A stretch of 64,000 bases of DNA from Acidobacteria bacterium 13_2_20CM_57_17 (lineage in GTDB: Bacteria > Acidobacteriota > Terriglobia > Acidiferrales > UBA7541), in NCBI GenBank assembly GCA_001914785.1, contig MNDE01000154.1, forward strand, positions 44,107 to 108,106, written 5' to 3'. Positions 9,840 to 20,562 of this stretch are shown in pieces (positions within the stretch are counted from its first letter, which is position 1; every line of letters starts with the position of its first letter). Position numbers and translations under genes: made by a program. The notes beneath the pieces were generated by a model. That model did not search any database, had not been told where the DNA came from, and saw only the letters and a program-made list of their open reading frames with translations.

Positions 9840-12245
9840 ATGCGCAAGCTGAATGCTGTACTGCTGCTGTGTCTCGCGTTGCTTTTTGGTTCGAACGTTC
9901 AAGCTCAGACCGGCTCTGGTGTGAACAATGCCGAGCTGAGTGGCAATTACGCTTTTACGTTCAGCGGATTCACCGGGAATAGCGGCGGCTCGTCCGTTTT
10001 CGCAACTGTTGGAAGATTCACAGCGGATGGTTCCGGCAATATTACCAGCGGCGAACTGGACACCAACGGTGTCGGCCCCGGAGCTGTGCTGACCGCGCAA
10101 GCGTTCACCGGGACCTATTCGATCGGTGCTGACCATCGCGGCGTCATGACTCTGAGTATTCCCGGCGGCGCAAAACTCGCCTTCGCCATGACGGCCAACG
10201 GTAATGCCCAGTTTATCGAGTTCGATGCTTCGGGAGGAACGGGAACGATCGGCTCCGGGACCATGGAAAAGGCGGACGCGTCCGCGTACAACGCTGCAGC
10301 CATTTCGGGAGACTACGCGTTTGGTGTTGGGGGGTTCGACGACGCCAACAATCGCGCGGCCATTGCCGGCCGGTTTACTTCGAATGGTGCGGGCGCTTTG
10401 ACCAATGAAGCCGCGGACATCAACGCTTATGGCACAACTTCTTCGATGACATTTTCGTCGGCAAATTACACCGTGTCCGATACCGCCACTGGGCGGGGCA
10501 CAATCAACTTTTCTTTCTCGCTCGGAGGTTCGCCGTTCAGTTTGAATTATGCATTTTATGTTGTGAATGCAGGAAAGCTCTTTGCGATGGGAAGTGACCC
10601 GGTCTCGGCTTCCACGCCGTTGCTGAATGGCGTTGTGTTGCGGCAACAAAGCCCTGCTGGAGGTTTCTCCAATGCCTCGCTGAATGGCGGCATGGTGATT
10701 TACATGACCGGATTCACTTTTTGCGGCAATGGATCCGGCCGTGCTTCTGATGCGCTCGCCGGTTTGCTCACCTTCGACGGTAACGGCGCCCTCGACGCTG
10801 CGTTTGATGAAAACTGCGGCGGGGTCTCCAATTCCATCAGCGGCCTGACGGGGACGTACAGTGTGGCGAGCAATGGCCGCGCATCCATCGCGGTCGCCAA
10901 TGGCGCGGTCGCCTACCTGGTGAGTCCGAATCAAGCATTCCTCTTCGCTACGGACAGTTCCATTGTGTCCGGCTTCGGTGAACCGCAAGCGTCCGCGTCG
11001 TTCGCGAATAGCACGCTGAACGGAAATTATGCGGGCGTGGCGGCTACGCCGGCGTCGTTTGGCGTTCAAGTTTTCTCCGGTGAGTTCACGGCGGACGGCG
11101 GCAGTCCCACGGGCAACATGACCGGCACAGAGGACATCGGCGCTTCCACTGGACCAGTCTCGGGCGCGGCGTTCCAGGCCGCGTACTCCGTAGCCTCCTC
11201 GCCGACAAACGGGCGGGGAACCATGACGGTTTCTTCCGGAACGGGAGGCAACGCCGTCATTTATATGATCTCCGCCTCGACGTTCGTAGCCGTCTCGCTG
11301 AACGATCCAAATCCGGCTGTCTTGCTCTTCGAGCTGTCTCCAACTTCTTCACCATCCGTTACCCTTTCCACGCTATCGCTGAATCCTACGACCGTCACTG
11401 GCGGAGACTCCTCTACAGGCACGGTAACGCTAAGCGGTCCAGCTCCATCAGGTGGAGCGCAAGTTGCGCTCTCCAGCAGCGACACATCGGTAGCTACGGT
11501 GCCTTCCAGCGTAACGGTTGCGGCTGGAGCCACCAGCGCGACGTTCGCGGTCAGCACCAGCACTGTCTCTGCGTCGACCATGGTCACTATCTCGGCATCT
11601 TACGCCGCAGTAACCAAAACGGCCTCGCTCACGGTGAACCCCGCACCGCCGCCGACGCCCACACTCACTTCACTGACACTAAGTCCCACGAGTGTCATCG
11701 GCGGAAGATCTTCCACGGGTACGGTAGCGCTGAGCGGCCCGGCTCCATCAGGCGGAGCGCAAGTCGCGCTCTCCAGCAGCGACACGTTAGTAGCTACAGT
11801 TCCTTCCAGCGTAACGGTTGCCGCCGGAGCCACCAGCGCGACGTTCACCGTCAGGACTAGCGCCGTTAGCGCGTCGACCACCGTCATTATCTCGGCGTCT
11901 TACGCCAGCTTAACCAAGACGGCTTCGCTCACCGTGAACCCCGCGCCTCCTCCGCCACCGACGCTGTCCTCGCTCACACTGAATCCCAGCACCGTCATCG
12001 GCGGCGTGCAATCTTCCACGGGCAGAGTCACACTCAGCGCACCCGCTCCAACAGGTGGCGCGACGGTCATCCTTTCCAGCAACAGCGGTGCAGCCAGCGT
12101 GCCGTCCAGCGTGTTCATTCCGGCAGGCGCAACCAGCGCGACGTTTACGGTGAACACATCCATCGTTCTCATTTCGACTTCCGCCAATATCTCTGCTATG
12201 TACAACGGTACGACGCGGACGGCAACTCTTACTGTACTGCTCTAG
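9840..12245 (+). CDS. Secreted Ser/Thr/Gly-rich beta-repeat protein with three C-terminal Ig-like repeats
   Basis: GGAGG RBS, ATG at 9840, signal peptide; repeated (L/I)xGxY(A)F...GxFTADG.G units, then three ~100-aa repeats separated by PAPPP linkers. Confidence 0.85.
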   Translation: MRKLNAVLLLCLALLFGSNVQAQTGSGVNNAELSGNYAFTFSGFTGNSGGSSVFATVGRFTADGSGNITSGELDTNGVGPGAVLTAQAFTGTYSIGADHRGVMTLSIPGGAKLAFAMTANGNAQFIEFDASGGTGTIGSGTMEKADASAYNAAAISGDYAFGVGGFDDANNRAAIAGRFTSNGAGALTNEAADINAYGTTSSMTFSSANYTVSDTATGRGTINFSFSLGGSPFSLNYAFYVVNAGKLFAMGSDPVSASTPLLNGVVLRQQSPAGGFSNASLNGGMVIYMTGFTFCGNGSGRASDALAGLLTFDGNGALDAAFDENCGGVSNSISGLTGTYSVASNGRASIAVANGAVAYLVSPNQAFLFATDSSIVSGFGEPQASASFANSTLNGNYAGVAATPASFGVQVFSGEFTADGGSPTGNMTGTEDIGASTGPVSGAAFQAAYSVASSPTNGRGTMTVSSGTGGNAVIYMISASTFVAVSLNDPNPAVLLFELSPTSSPSVTLSTLSLNPTTVTGGDSSTGTVTLSGPAPSGGAQVALSSSDTSVATVPSSVTVAAGATSATFAVSTSTVSASTMVTISASYAAVTKTASLTVNPAPPPTPTLTSLTLSPTSVIGGRSSTGTVALSGPAPSGGAQVALSSSDTLVATVPSSVTVAAGATSATFTVRTSAVSASTTVIISASYASLTKTASLTVNPAPPPPPTLSSLTLNPSTVIGGVQSSTGRVTLSAPAPTGGATVILSSNSGAASVPSSVFIPAGATSATFTVNTSIVLISTSANISAMYNGTTRTATLTVLL
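11358..12245 (+). repeat. Intragenic 300-bp tandem repeat (two close copies, one diverged)
   Basis: 11401-11640 aligns with 11701-11940 at an exact 300-nt offset with long identical runs; third copy from about 11958. Confidence 0.9.
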
Positions 12246-12266
12246 CGGATGCTCGTCTTGGCTCGT

Positions 12267-12301
12267 GAGCCGCGCCTTGCCTGGTTCCAAGCGCGCGGCT
12301 C
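12267..12301. terminator. GC-rich hairpin between convergent genes
   Basis: GAGCCGCGC...GCGCGGCTC inverted repeat; no U-tract. Confidence 0.5.
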
Positions 12302-12352
12302 CATTGGCCTTGAAAAGCGTTACCGCGGATTGCGGGAAGCAAAAACACCCTC

Positions 12353-13684
12353 TTACTTCTCGGCGCTTGCCAGTGGCTTCAACCGTTCCTTGTTGATCTT
12401 GAGCACCATCCCCGCGTTGCGGTCGGCAACTTCGCTCACTTTGTATTCCGCAGACGTGCCCAGCACCTGCGCGACCTCGGAAGGCGTTAACTTATATTCT
12501 TCCGTTAGCCATTGCGCCATGTTCGCTGTCGCTCCGCGGAATGCATCATCCAGCGATCCAGCGAGTCCCATGGCTATCAGGTGCGTTGCGGACTCCACGC
12601 GCGGCCCCGGGACTCGTTTCCCCGGAATTACATCCACGGTGAACTCCACGTCCATCGACGTTTCGAGAGCGTTGCCGTTGAGCTCTCCGTCGCCCTGCAG
12701 CGCGTGCCCATCGCCCACGTAGAGCAGCGCGCCAGGCACGCTCACCGGCAAATATACTGTTGCGCCTTCCACGATCTCGTTGAAGTCCATATTTCCTCCG
12801 TAGCGCCCGGAATCGCCGGATCCGGGAGGCGCTTGCGCCACGTTTGGCGCCACGGCGACGCATCCCAGCATTGGCCGCAGAGGCACCGAGTAACGCGTCA
12901 AATGCTCGGCCGGTTTTTCCGGTGTCGCCAGGCCGCGTTCCCTGTCCAGATGCCATCGCGCGGATTTGCCGGCGTCCTTCATCTTCACTGCCAGTTCGCT
13001 GTCTACGGCGCGTCCCACAAGAAAATCATCGCTCTCAGCCCAGTCGCGATTCAGGCGCACGCGCGTAAAGTGCACCGTTAGCGTGTCTCCCGGCGCCGCC
13101 GTCTCCACGTAAAAAGGCCCCGTCTCCGGATTTCCACCCAGCACGCGCGTCACACCCTTTTCATCCTTCCCGCCGGCATCGACGGTCGTCGTATGCACAC
13201 TGTCGCCTGGAGCGACCGTCAGCACCGGCTTGTTTAGCGCTGAGAATTGCCGGTAGAAAGTTGTGGGCACAAATTCATGGTGCTGTGACACTCCAGTGCG
13301 TCGCGCCGGAACGAGTTCCGCCGTGAACTTGTGCGTCTCCGGATGCGTCGGGTCATCAGTGTGTGTAAACACTACTGTTCCGGTGATCGCGCCGCCTTGC
13401 AGTGTGGCTTTGCCTTCGTCCGTACCGCCCTGCTCGTCCTTTGCCAGGAAATAAATCGTGTTGCCTTTCAGTGCTCCTTCTAGCTTGTCGCCATCAAAAT
13501 TCCCGCTCAGCTTTTCTCCTTCCTGCTTCAGCTCCATACGGAAGTAAATCGTCGAGCCATAAAAATCCGTGTTCACTACCCATCGTCCGGAAACGCCGCC
13601 TGTTGCGGGCCGCGCCGGTTCTTGCGTCTCGTGCGCCGCCAAAATCCCCGGAACAAGCATCAGCAAAAACAAGACTTTGCGCAT
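12353..13684 (-). CDS. Acetamidase/formamidase-family protein with signal peptide and extra N-terminal beta domain
   Basis: GAGGAG RBS, MRKVLFLLMLVPGILAA; NPETGPFYV, GGNMD, GDGHALQGDGE motifs. Confidence 0.9.
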   Translation of the reverse strand: MRKVLFLLMLVPGILAAHETQEPARPATGGVSGRWVVNTDFYGSTIYFRMELKQEGEKLSGNFDGDKLEGALKGNTIYFLAKDEQGGTDEGKATLQGGAITGTVVFTHTDDPTHPETHKFTAELVPARRTGVSQHHEFVPTTFYRQFSALNKPVLTVAPGDSVHTTTVDAGGKDEKGVTRVLGGNPETGPFYVETAAPGDTLTVHFTRVRLNRDWAESDDFLVGRAVDSELAVKMKDAGKSARWHLDRERGLATPEKPAEHLTRYSVPLRPMLGCVAVAPNVAQAPPGSGDSGRYGGNMDFNEIVEGATVYLPVSVPGALLYVGDGHALQGDGELNGNALETSMDVEFTVDVIPGKRVPGPRVESATHLIAMGLAGSLDDAFRGATANMAQWLTEEYKLTPSEVAQVLGTSAEYKVSEVADRNAGMVLKINKERLKPLASAEK

Positions 13685-13833
13685 GGTGGTCTCTCCTCGC
13701 TGCGACATTCTAGACGACCCCACATGCTCACAGTTAGTCCGTTTCCCCGACCTTTGGAGAAGCAAGTTTGCGTGCCGGGTCTAATTGGGGAACCTCTCCA
13801 TGTTCTCGTTTCTCCATTTGCGATTTTTCTTTG

Positions 13834-14211
13834 ACCCCATACCCCACCCGGATGTTTTTTGTAAAAGAGTTCGGAATTGCTTGAAAACAAGAGAGTTGAG
13901 TTTTTGATGAGTGCAAAAGAGCGCGCAAGCGTATGAAAGCAAAGGAGTTGAGTACAGTGGCAAGAGATGAATGGCGAGGAATTGATTCCAAAAGGTTGTC
14001 GATTGGCCGTTGTCTAGAAGAGCTGGCAATCGTCTGAAAAGAAAAGAGTTAAATGGAAGAGGACGGGAAGCGTAAAGACCTGGCGGGAAGAGATCGGGAT
14101 TGGTGAGCGGCAAACACGGGGAAATATTAGCATGAAACTAAGTTACGTGTTAAATAATTAGTTAGATACCATTCGAATGGAGGGCAATATGTTGGAAGGA
14201 CAGGGGTTGAG
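13834..14211. repeat. Non-coding purine-rich element with repeated 27-40-nt units
   Basis: Units at 13861-13900, 13913-13952 (29/40 identical), 14014-14053, plus degenerate copies; preceded by a C-rich tract. Confidence 0.65.
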
Positions 14212-14386
14212 GAGTTGACAAGTTGATGGGCGGAGATCAAGGGATGCGGATCTCGGGGAGGGAAAGCGGAGAATCTTGGGGAAATGAGGTCGCCGAAAAA
14301 GACGGCGGAGAAATCAAACCCGGACTACGGGGGTTGGCCACTCTTCACCACGCGCTGGCGTCAGAGTATCCAGTGGGATTTGATCC

Positions 14387-15463
14387 ATGAAAGTCATTCT
14401 TTCGAGGAGAGGGCTGGTTGCCGCGATATTAGGTGCTGGCTCTGTACTCGTTCAAGCCAAGCAATCGACTACTCAGGAAGCTCCACGCTCCCAAACGCAA
14501 CCCTCCGCTCAGCAAAGCGAAGCCAGAACTAAAATCAGCGTCAATTCCGAGCTTGTCGTCGTCCCGGTGACGGTCAAAGATCGTCACGGCAATCTCGTTC
14601 CCGGTCTTCAGAAAAACGACTTTCGCATTTTCGACGATAACGTTGAGCAATCCATTGACGTTTTCACTGCCGAGGCTTTTCCGCTATCGCTTGTCGTCCT
14701 GATCGACGACGATTTGAAATCGCAGGACGCCGCCCAGATGGCTCCCACTTTACGCGCCATCACTGGCGGAATTAGTCTCGACGACGAGGCCATCATCTGC
14801 CGCTTTGACCTCTCGTTCTATCCAGGCAATGGGTTTAGCAGCGACTTCAACAAGCTGTGGGCGGATCTAAAGGATGCTCAAGATCACAGCAGCCCCTCGA
14901 CGTCCGCCCCCGTCCCCTTTGTCACTCCTCCATCGAGCCACCAACTCGGAGTGGGCGAACCTCCCCTGGCCGCGCCGACTAATCTTGGTTCCCGCCCAAC
15001 CAAAGCTCTCGACGATGCCGTCCATTCTGCCGCTGAATTGCTTCATGATCGCGGGGCCAGTCGACGCAAGATCATCCTTCTGATCTCCGATGGTCTCAAC
15101 GAGCCCCAATTCAACCACCATACGTACGCCGACACTCTCGAGGTTCTCCTCCAGGACAACATATCTGTATACAGCCTGGCAGTTGGGCATTCCTTAAAAC
15201 GAAAGTTCTCCCGCCTGGTCAATTATGCGAACGATTCCGGTGGCGACATCTATTACGCCGTCCAAAGCGCCGCCATGGAAAGGCTCTATTCGCGAATAAC
15301 TGAGCAGGCCCGCCACGAGTACACCCTGGCCTACGTGCCTCACGTCAACAACCGCAACGCCAGCTATCACAAGGTAGAAGTCCATACCACACGCGAAGGT
15401 GTCACTATTAGGACTCGCCAGGGGTACTACACAGGTCCTCTCGTCGTTCCAGCAAAGCAGTAG
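14387..15463 (+). CDS. VWA-domain protein (acidobacterial type, degenerate MIDAS)
   Basis: VVVPVTVKD, DFRIFDDNVEQ, LIDDDLKS, ILLISDG, YTLAYVP, RQGYY. Confidence 0.9.
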   Translation: MKVILSRRGLVAAILGAGSVLVQAKQSTTQEAPRSQTQPSAQQSEARTKISVNSELVVVPVTVKDRHGNLVPGLQKNDFRIFDDNVEQSIDVFTAEAFPLSLVVLIDDDLKSQDAAQMAPTLRAITGGISLDDEAIICRFDLSFYPGNGFSSDFNKLWADLKDAQDHSSPSTSAPVPFVTPPSSHQLGVGEPPLAAPTNLGSRPTKALDDAVHSAAELLHDRGASRRKIILLISDGLNEPQFNHHTYADTLEVLLQDNISVYSLAVGHSLKRKFSRLVNYANDSGGDIYYAVQSAAMERLYSRITEQARHEYTLAYVPHVNNRNASYHKVEVHTTREGVTIRTRQGYYTGPLVVPAKQ

Positions 15464-15518
15464 CGTTGGCATTCCCTTATAGGACGTACCTCTCATCACA
15501 GCCTGCTACAATCGGCCT

Positions 15519-16544
15519 GTGCTGGCTGGGGCCCAACCCGAGACTCACGAACTTCTGGCGCTGGATACGGACGCTGGGACGCGGCTGGACCGGTTCGTGG
15601 CCGCGCATCGGCCGGAACTTTCACGCTCACGAGTCCAAGAACTGATCGATGGCGGACATGTCCTTGTCAATGGCAAGGCGGCGAAATCTTCGCAGAAACT
15701 TCGCGGCGGGGAACTCATCACCGTGTGGGCATATTCCCGGCCGGCGACCCGCGCCGAAGCGGAATCGATTCCGCTGGATGTGCTTTACGAAGACGACGAC
15801 GTCACCGCCATCAATAAGAGCGCCGGGATGACCGTTCACGCCGGGGCGGGAAATGTTTCGGGGACACTGGTCAACGCGCTTCTGGGGCGCGGGCAGGCGC
15901 TTTCAACGGGTGGCGATCCGCTGCGGCCGGGAATCGTACATCGGCTAGACAAGGAAACGTCGGGCGTGATCCTGGTGGCGAAGAACGACGCGGCACACGC
16001 CAAACTCGCGGAAGCGTTTCGCCAGCGCGCCATTAAAAAAACATATCTCGCCCTGGTGCAAGGTGTTCTCGCAGGGGAAAGCGGCCGCATCGAATTGGCG
16101 ATCGGGCGCGACCCGATTCATCGCACGCGCATGGCGACGCAGCGCAAGTCCTGGCACGGAGCGGGGATCGCGAATCCGCGCGAAGCGCGCACGGATTGGA
16201 AAGCGCTCGCCAAAATCAACAGCACGACACTGGTGGAAGTCCAACTCCATACCGGGCGAACGCATCAGATTCGAGTGCACTTCGCGGCGCTGAAACATCC
16301 GGTAGTGGGCGATACGCTGTACGGCGCGGCGCGGGAGTTGCGGATAGGCAAGCTCGATTTACCTGCTCTCGGGCGAAATTTTCTGCATGCCGCAAAGCTG
16401 GGATTCGCGCAGCCGCGGACCGGCGCATGGATCGAAGTTCGCGCGGAGTTGCCGGCAGAATTGCGCGATTACTTGAAGAAACTTTGCAATGCCGCGGGGG
16501 AATCGCAGAGCCGAATTGACGCTGCGCTAGCGGGATACCTATAA
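15519..16544 (+). CDS. rluD: RluA-family 23S rRNA pseudouridine synthase with S4 domain
   Basis: RLDRFVA (S4), RPGIVHRLDKETSG, TGRTHQIRVH, GDTLYG, LHAAKLGF. Confidence 0.93.
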   Translation: MLAGAQPETHELLALDTDAGTRLDRFVAAHRPELSRSRVQELIDGGHVLVNGKAAKSSQKLRGGELITVWAYSRPATRAEAESIPLDVLYEDDDVTAINKSAGMTVHAGAGNVSGTLVNALLGRGQALSTGGDPLRPGIVHRLDKETSGVILVAKNDAAHAKLAEAFRQRAIKKTYLALVQGVLAGESGRIELAIGRDPIHRTRMATQRKSWHGAGIANPREARTDWKALAKINSTTLVEVQLHTGRTHQIRVHFAALKHPVVGDTLYGAARELRIGKLDLPALGRNFLHAAKLGFAQPRTGAWIEVRAELPAELRDYLKKLCNAAGESQSRIDAALAGYL

Positions 16545-16547
16545 TCG

Positions 16548-17669
16548 ATGCACATGCGACGGATCATTACTTCCATCTTTTTGACGCTGGCGCTGCTGCT
16601 ACTTCCACTGCCCGACCGCGCGCAGCAGTCTTCGTCTGACAAGCCTCAAGCACCCTCGCCGGAGGCGAAACCCCAGGCGCCCGCACCGGCGCAGGCCGCC
16701 GCGCCGAAGCAAGATCCTGCGCAGCAAAGCGATCAAACGATCAAGTCGGTCGTCAACCTCGTCGATGTGCTCTTCACCGTGCTCAACCGCCGCAACAAAC
16801 TTGTCCCCGAACTCGAAAGGAGCGACTTCAAAATCTGGGACGACAAGTTCCCGCAGGAAATCCGTTACTTCAGCAAGCAGTCCGATTTGCCGCTGCGCAT
16901 CGGCATGCTGTTGGATACCTCCAACAGCATCCGCGACCGCATCAAGTTCGAGCAGGACGCTTCGATCAATTTTCTGTTCAGCGTGCTGCGCCGCAATAAA
17001 GATGAAGCATTTGTGATGACTTTCGACGACGAGCCGCAAATCGTGCAGGCCTTCACCGGCGATGCGGGAGCATTGCGCGACCAGATCACCAAGACGCGCG
17101 CGGGCGGCGGCACGGCGATTTACGACGCGATTTACCAAGCGTGCGTGAAGGAGCTGAGCCATCCGCCGCGCCCACCGGGCGATCAGCCGGACGTGGTGCG
17201 CCGCGTGATGATTCTCATCAGCGACGGCGAGGACAATTTATCGACGCACACGCGCACAGACGCCATCGAAATGGCGCAGCGCACCAGCGTGGTCATTTAC
17301 AGCATCAGCACGAGCACGCAGTGGGTTTCCCTCTCGCAGACCGATCCGAGCAAGGCGGCCGACCGCAAGTATCACCTGACGGACGGTGACAAGATTCTCC
17401 AGGACCTGGCCGAGGAAACCGGCGGCCGGGCGTTTTTTCCATATCACGTTGACGATCTGGACCAATCGTTCCAAGACATCGGCGACGAACTGCGCAACCA
17501 GTATTCCATCGCCTACCTCCCGACGAACTACGTTATGGATGGCCGCTACCATAAAATCCGCATCGAGGTGCCCGAACATAAGGGCTACCAGGTGCGCGCA
17601 CGCCGCGGCTATTTCGCCCGCGCCAACACGCCGGCCACGCCAACTGCTCCGAGCGGCACGATTCAGTAA
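16548..17669 (+). CDS. VWA-domain protein (acidobacterial type, canonical MIDAS)
   Basis: Signal peptide; LLDTSNS, GGTAIYDA, ISDGED, ETGG, QYSIAY, RRGYF. Confidence 0.92.
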   Translation: MHMRRIITSIFLTLALLLLPLPDRAQQSSSDKPQAPSPEAKPQAPAPAQAAAPKQDPAQQSDQTIKSVVNLVDVLFTVLNRRNKLVPELERSDFKIWDDKFPQEIRYFSKQSDLPLRIGMLLDTSNSIRDRIKFEQDASINFLFSVLRRNKDEAFVMTFDDEPQIVQAFTGDAGALRDQITKTRAGGGTAIYDAIYQACVKELSHPPRPPGDQPDVVRRVMILISDGEDNLSTHTRTDAIEMAQRTSVVIYSISTSTQWVSLSQTDPSKAADRKYHLTDGDKILQDLAEETGGRAFFPYHVDDLDQSFQDIGDELRNQYSIAYLPTNYVMDGRYHKIRIEVPEHKGYQVRARRGYFARANTPATPTAPSGTIQ

Positions 17670-17720
17670 AGTTTTTTGAAAGTATTTTTGCGCTGCGCGA
17701 TTCGAAAGTCAGCTTAATTA

Positions 17721-20447
17721 CTAGCGGGGAATATTGCGGAGCAGGACGGCGTCGGAATCGGCGTGGCCCCGTCCAACCGCGAGCCGCGTGCCGTCCTTCG
17801 AATATCCATACGCGCCGATTTTTTCCGAAGTGAAGCGCGTGAGCTGACGGCGCGCCGATCCATCCAGTGGCTGCACCCACAGATTGTCGACACCCTTTTC
17901 CCGCACCGCATAGAGGATCGCCTTACCGGAGGGCATGAACGCCAGGCTGGGGAGGGCGCGGGGATCAAATTCGAAGGAAGATTTTTCTCCATCCAAAAGA
18001 GAATACAAGACGAACATAACCGTGTGATCTGCTTCGCGTGCTTCGAATGAGGCGACAGTTTTGCCGTCGGGAGAAAGGTCATAAGGCTCTGAGGGGGACT
18101 TGATAATTGTTTCAGGCGTGCCGCCGTCGATGGGAATGCGCTTCAGGAAATGGTTTTCTGCGGCGTCGATGAAGTACAGCCATTTGCCGTCACGCGAACA
18201 GACCGGCACTCTATCGTTGACGCCAAAAGTAAGACGCACAAGGTTTGCGCCATTTGAATCCACACGCCAAAGATTGGTTTCGGCGCCGCCGGACCGGCCG
18301 ATACTTCGAAAGACGACATAGCGCCCCTGGCCGCACGAGGCGACCTGGTCCACCGCATATTTCGGGTCGGAGAAAATGACGCGGTCTCCGCCAGATGGAT
18401 TGACCAGGCGGATGTCGGAGCCCTGGATAAGAAGAACTTGAGAGTCGGGAGTCAAGTCCCAACTCCGAATAGGCAGAGTTGAAGGTAATTTCAGCGGATT
18501 GAAGTTCTCGAGCGGGCCCGCGGGCGCGATCTCCACCCGGTATTTTGCCTGGCTCTGATTGGCAGCGATGGATTGGCCATCCGCGGAAAGGCTGGGATGA
18601 AAGTAGTCGTTGGTATCTGTGGTCAAGAGACGGAAGGCGCCGTCAGGGAAGGAAACGATGCCAATTTGTCTGCGCCTAAACCCAGTTTCCGCCATGGCGG
18701 CAGAGACGAGGAGACCGGTCATGTCCGGGAGCCAGACTGGCTCGTTATAGAGGCGATCCTTGGCAATGGCTACCTGCTTCATGGAACCGCTCGCGACGTC
18801 CACGGCGAGGAATCCGCCGATATCCTGTGGCGTAGGCTGGACGATGGGAATCACGATAGTTTTTCCATCGGGAGACCATGCGAGTGTCAGGTTATCGACG
18901 TGAAGTTCCTTGTGATGGAAGAGATCACGTTCGAGTGTGCCATCGCGCCGAGCGATCTTGAGGTCAGCCACATGGGAATCGCCATGTTGGTGCAAGTAGG
19001 CGAAGCGCTGGCCATCTGGTGAAAACGAGATGGGACTGTCCACGTCTTTTATGAGCAGGCGCGGAGTTCCCCCGAGCATGGGGGCGTCATAGAGGGAAGC
19101 GATGGCTTGCTCGGAGTCGTCGCGGCGGACGCAATAAATGTAATTGCCGTCGGGAGAAAACGTGAGGCCGCTGTAGCGCGTGGCGGCAGGCGTGATGACT
19201 TGAGTGTTGCTGCCCGTGGGAATGTGCCGGAGCCAGAGGGATTGTAACCCATTCTCGTCAAGGACATGGAGCAGGTATTTTCCGTCAGGCGAAATTCTGG
19301 AGAGGAACACGTGCCCGTTGTTGGTGAGATTTTCGACCGACATTTGTTCGACGGGTAAAACTTTCTTGCGCGGCAAGAAGGAGTAGACGCCGAACGCGGC
19401 AGCGACGAGCAGCAGGACAACGATTCCCATCAGGAGAGCCGTGCCGAATTTGTTTTTGCTCGCAGCGGCGATGAGGATGGAGCTGCTTGAGGGCGCGCGC
19501 GGAGACTCGGCGGGAGTGACGGCAGGCGCGGATGATTGGGCAGGGATGCGTGTTGAAGAAGACGTGACAGGAGCGGCTTTTCCGGAGTCCAATTCGCGCT
19601 GAAGGCGTTTGAGGTCGGCGCGCATTTCCGCGGCGACCTGGTAGCGGACGTCGCGATCTTTTTCGAGGGCTTTGTTGAGGATACGCTCGAGTTCGGCAGG
19701 CGAGCCGGGATTCAGGGTGACGGGAGCTACAGGCGCGCTGTGCAAGATGTTGTCAAAGACGACGGCGCTGGTGCTGCCCGGGAAAGGGAGCTTGCCGGTG
19801 GTCAATTGATAGAGGACGCCGCCGAGCGAGAAGAGATCGCTTCGAGCGTCGAGTTCCTCGCCGCGCGCTTGTTCAGGAGACATGTAGGAGATGGTGCCGA
19901 CGGCGGTGCCGGGGCTGGTGAGGAGGAGAGTTTCGGAGTCGCCAATCGTCTCGCCACCCAAGCCAGCATGATGTTCGGGGAGAAGCTTGGCGAGACCAAA
20001 ATCGAGGATTTTGACGGTGCCGCGTTCGGTGACGAAAATGTTGGCGGGCTTGATGTCGCGATGGATGATGCCCTTCTTGTGGGCAGAGTCAAGAGCGTCG
20101 GCGAGCTGGACGCCGATGTCGATGGTGCGCGAAATGGGAAGGGAGCCGGCGGGGATGAGTTTGTCGAGGGTTTGGCCTTCGAGTAGCTCCATAGCGATGA
20201 AGGTTCGGCCATCGTGTTCTTCGATGGCGTGAATCGTGCAAATGCCGGGATGATTGAGCGCGGAAGCCGCGCGGGCTTCACGGAGGAAACGCTCGAGGGC
20301 TTGTTCGTCGCGATGCGTGGCTTCCGGAAGAAACTTCAGGGCGACACGCCGGCCAAGCTTGGTGTCTTCGGCTTCGTAGACGACGCCCATGCCGCCTTTG
20401 CCGAGCTGGCGGAGAATGCGGTAATGGGCGATGGTTTCGTTGAGCAT
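17721..20447 (-). CDS. Hanks-type Ser/Thr kinase with TM helix and TolB/PD40 beta-propeller
   Basis: [33 protein letters not shown]; TM helix; repeated SPDG motifs. Confidence 0.96.
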   Translation of the reverse strand: MLNETIAHYRILRQLGKGGMGVVYEAEDTKLGRRVALKFLPEATHRDEQALERFLREARAASALNHPGICTIHAIEEHDGRTFIAMELLEGQTLDKLIPAGSLPISRTIDIGVQLADALDSAHKKGIIHRDIKPANIFVTERGTVKILDFGLAKLLPEHHAGLGGETIGDSETLLLTSPGTAVGTISYMSPEQARGEELDARSDLFSLGGVLYQLTTGKLPFPGSTSAVVFDNILHSAPVAPVTLNPGSPAELERILNKALEKDRDVRYQVAAEMRADLKRLQRELDSGKAAPVTSSSTRIPAQSSAPAVTPAESPRAPSSSSILIAAASKNKFGTALLMGIVVLLLVAAAFGVYSFLPRKKVLPVEQMSVENLTNNGHVFLSRISPDGKYLLHVLDENGLQSLWLRHIPTGSNTQVITPAATRYSGLTFSPDGNYIYCVRRDDSEQAIASLYDAPMLGGTPRLLIKDVDSPISFSPDGQRFAYLHQHGDSHVADLKIARRDGTLERDLFHHKELHVDNLTLAWSPDGKTIVIPIVQPTPQDIGGFLAVDVASGSMKQVAIAKDRLYNEPVWLPDMTGLLVSAAMAETGFRRRQIGIVSFPDGAFRLLTTDTNDYFHPSLSADGQSIAANQSQAKYRVEIAPAGPLENFNPLKLPSTLPIRSWDLTPDSQVLLIQGSDIRLVNPSGGDRVIFSDPKYAVDQVASCGQGRYVVFRSIGRSGGAETNLWRVDSNGANLVRLTFGVNDRVPVCSRDGKWLYFIDAAENHFLKRIPIDGGTPETIIKSPSEPYDLSPDGKTVASFEAREADHTVMFVLYSLLDGEKSSFEFDPRALPSLAFMPSGKAILYAVREKGVDNLWVQPLDGSARRQLTRFTSEKIGAYGYSKDGTRLAVGRGHADSDAVLLRNIPR

Positions 20448-20562
20448 GAGTGAGGAATGAAGAAAGGATGGTAGACGGTCGGGGGATTGGGGTCAATTCG
20501 TGGTGTGTTATACAATGCTTGGCGCTTCCGCCTCTAAAATCGTGAGAGGAGATTTTGACCTC

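Noticed and set aside
11358-11957. 300-bp duplication as a DGR template/variable repeat pair
   Set aside because: Both copies are in-frame domains of one gene, differences are not adenine-specific, and no reverse transcriptase is present.
13660-14113. Short minus-strand ORFs over the repeat element
   Set aside because: Low-complexity translations of the repeat, with no RBS or domain signal.
13861-14211. Possible CRISPR array
   Set aside because: Units are only about 70% identical, spacing is irregular with short gaps, and there are no cas genes.
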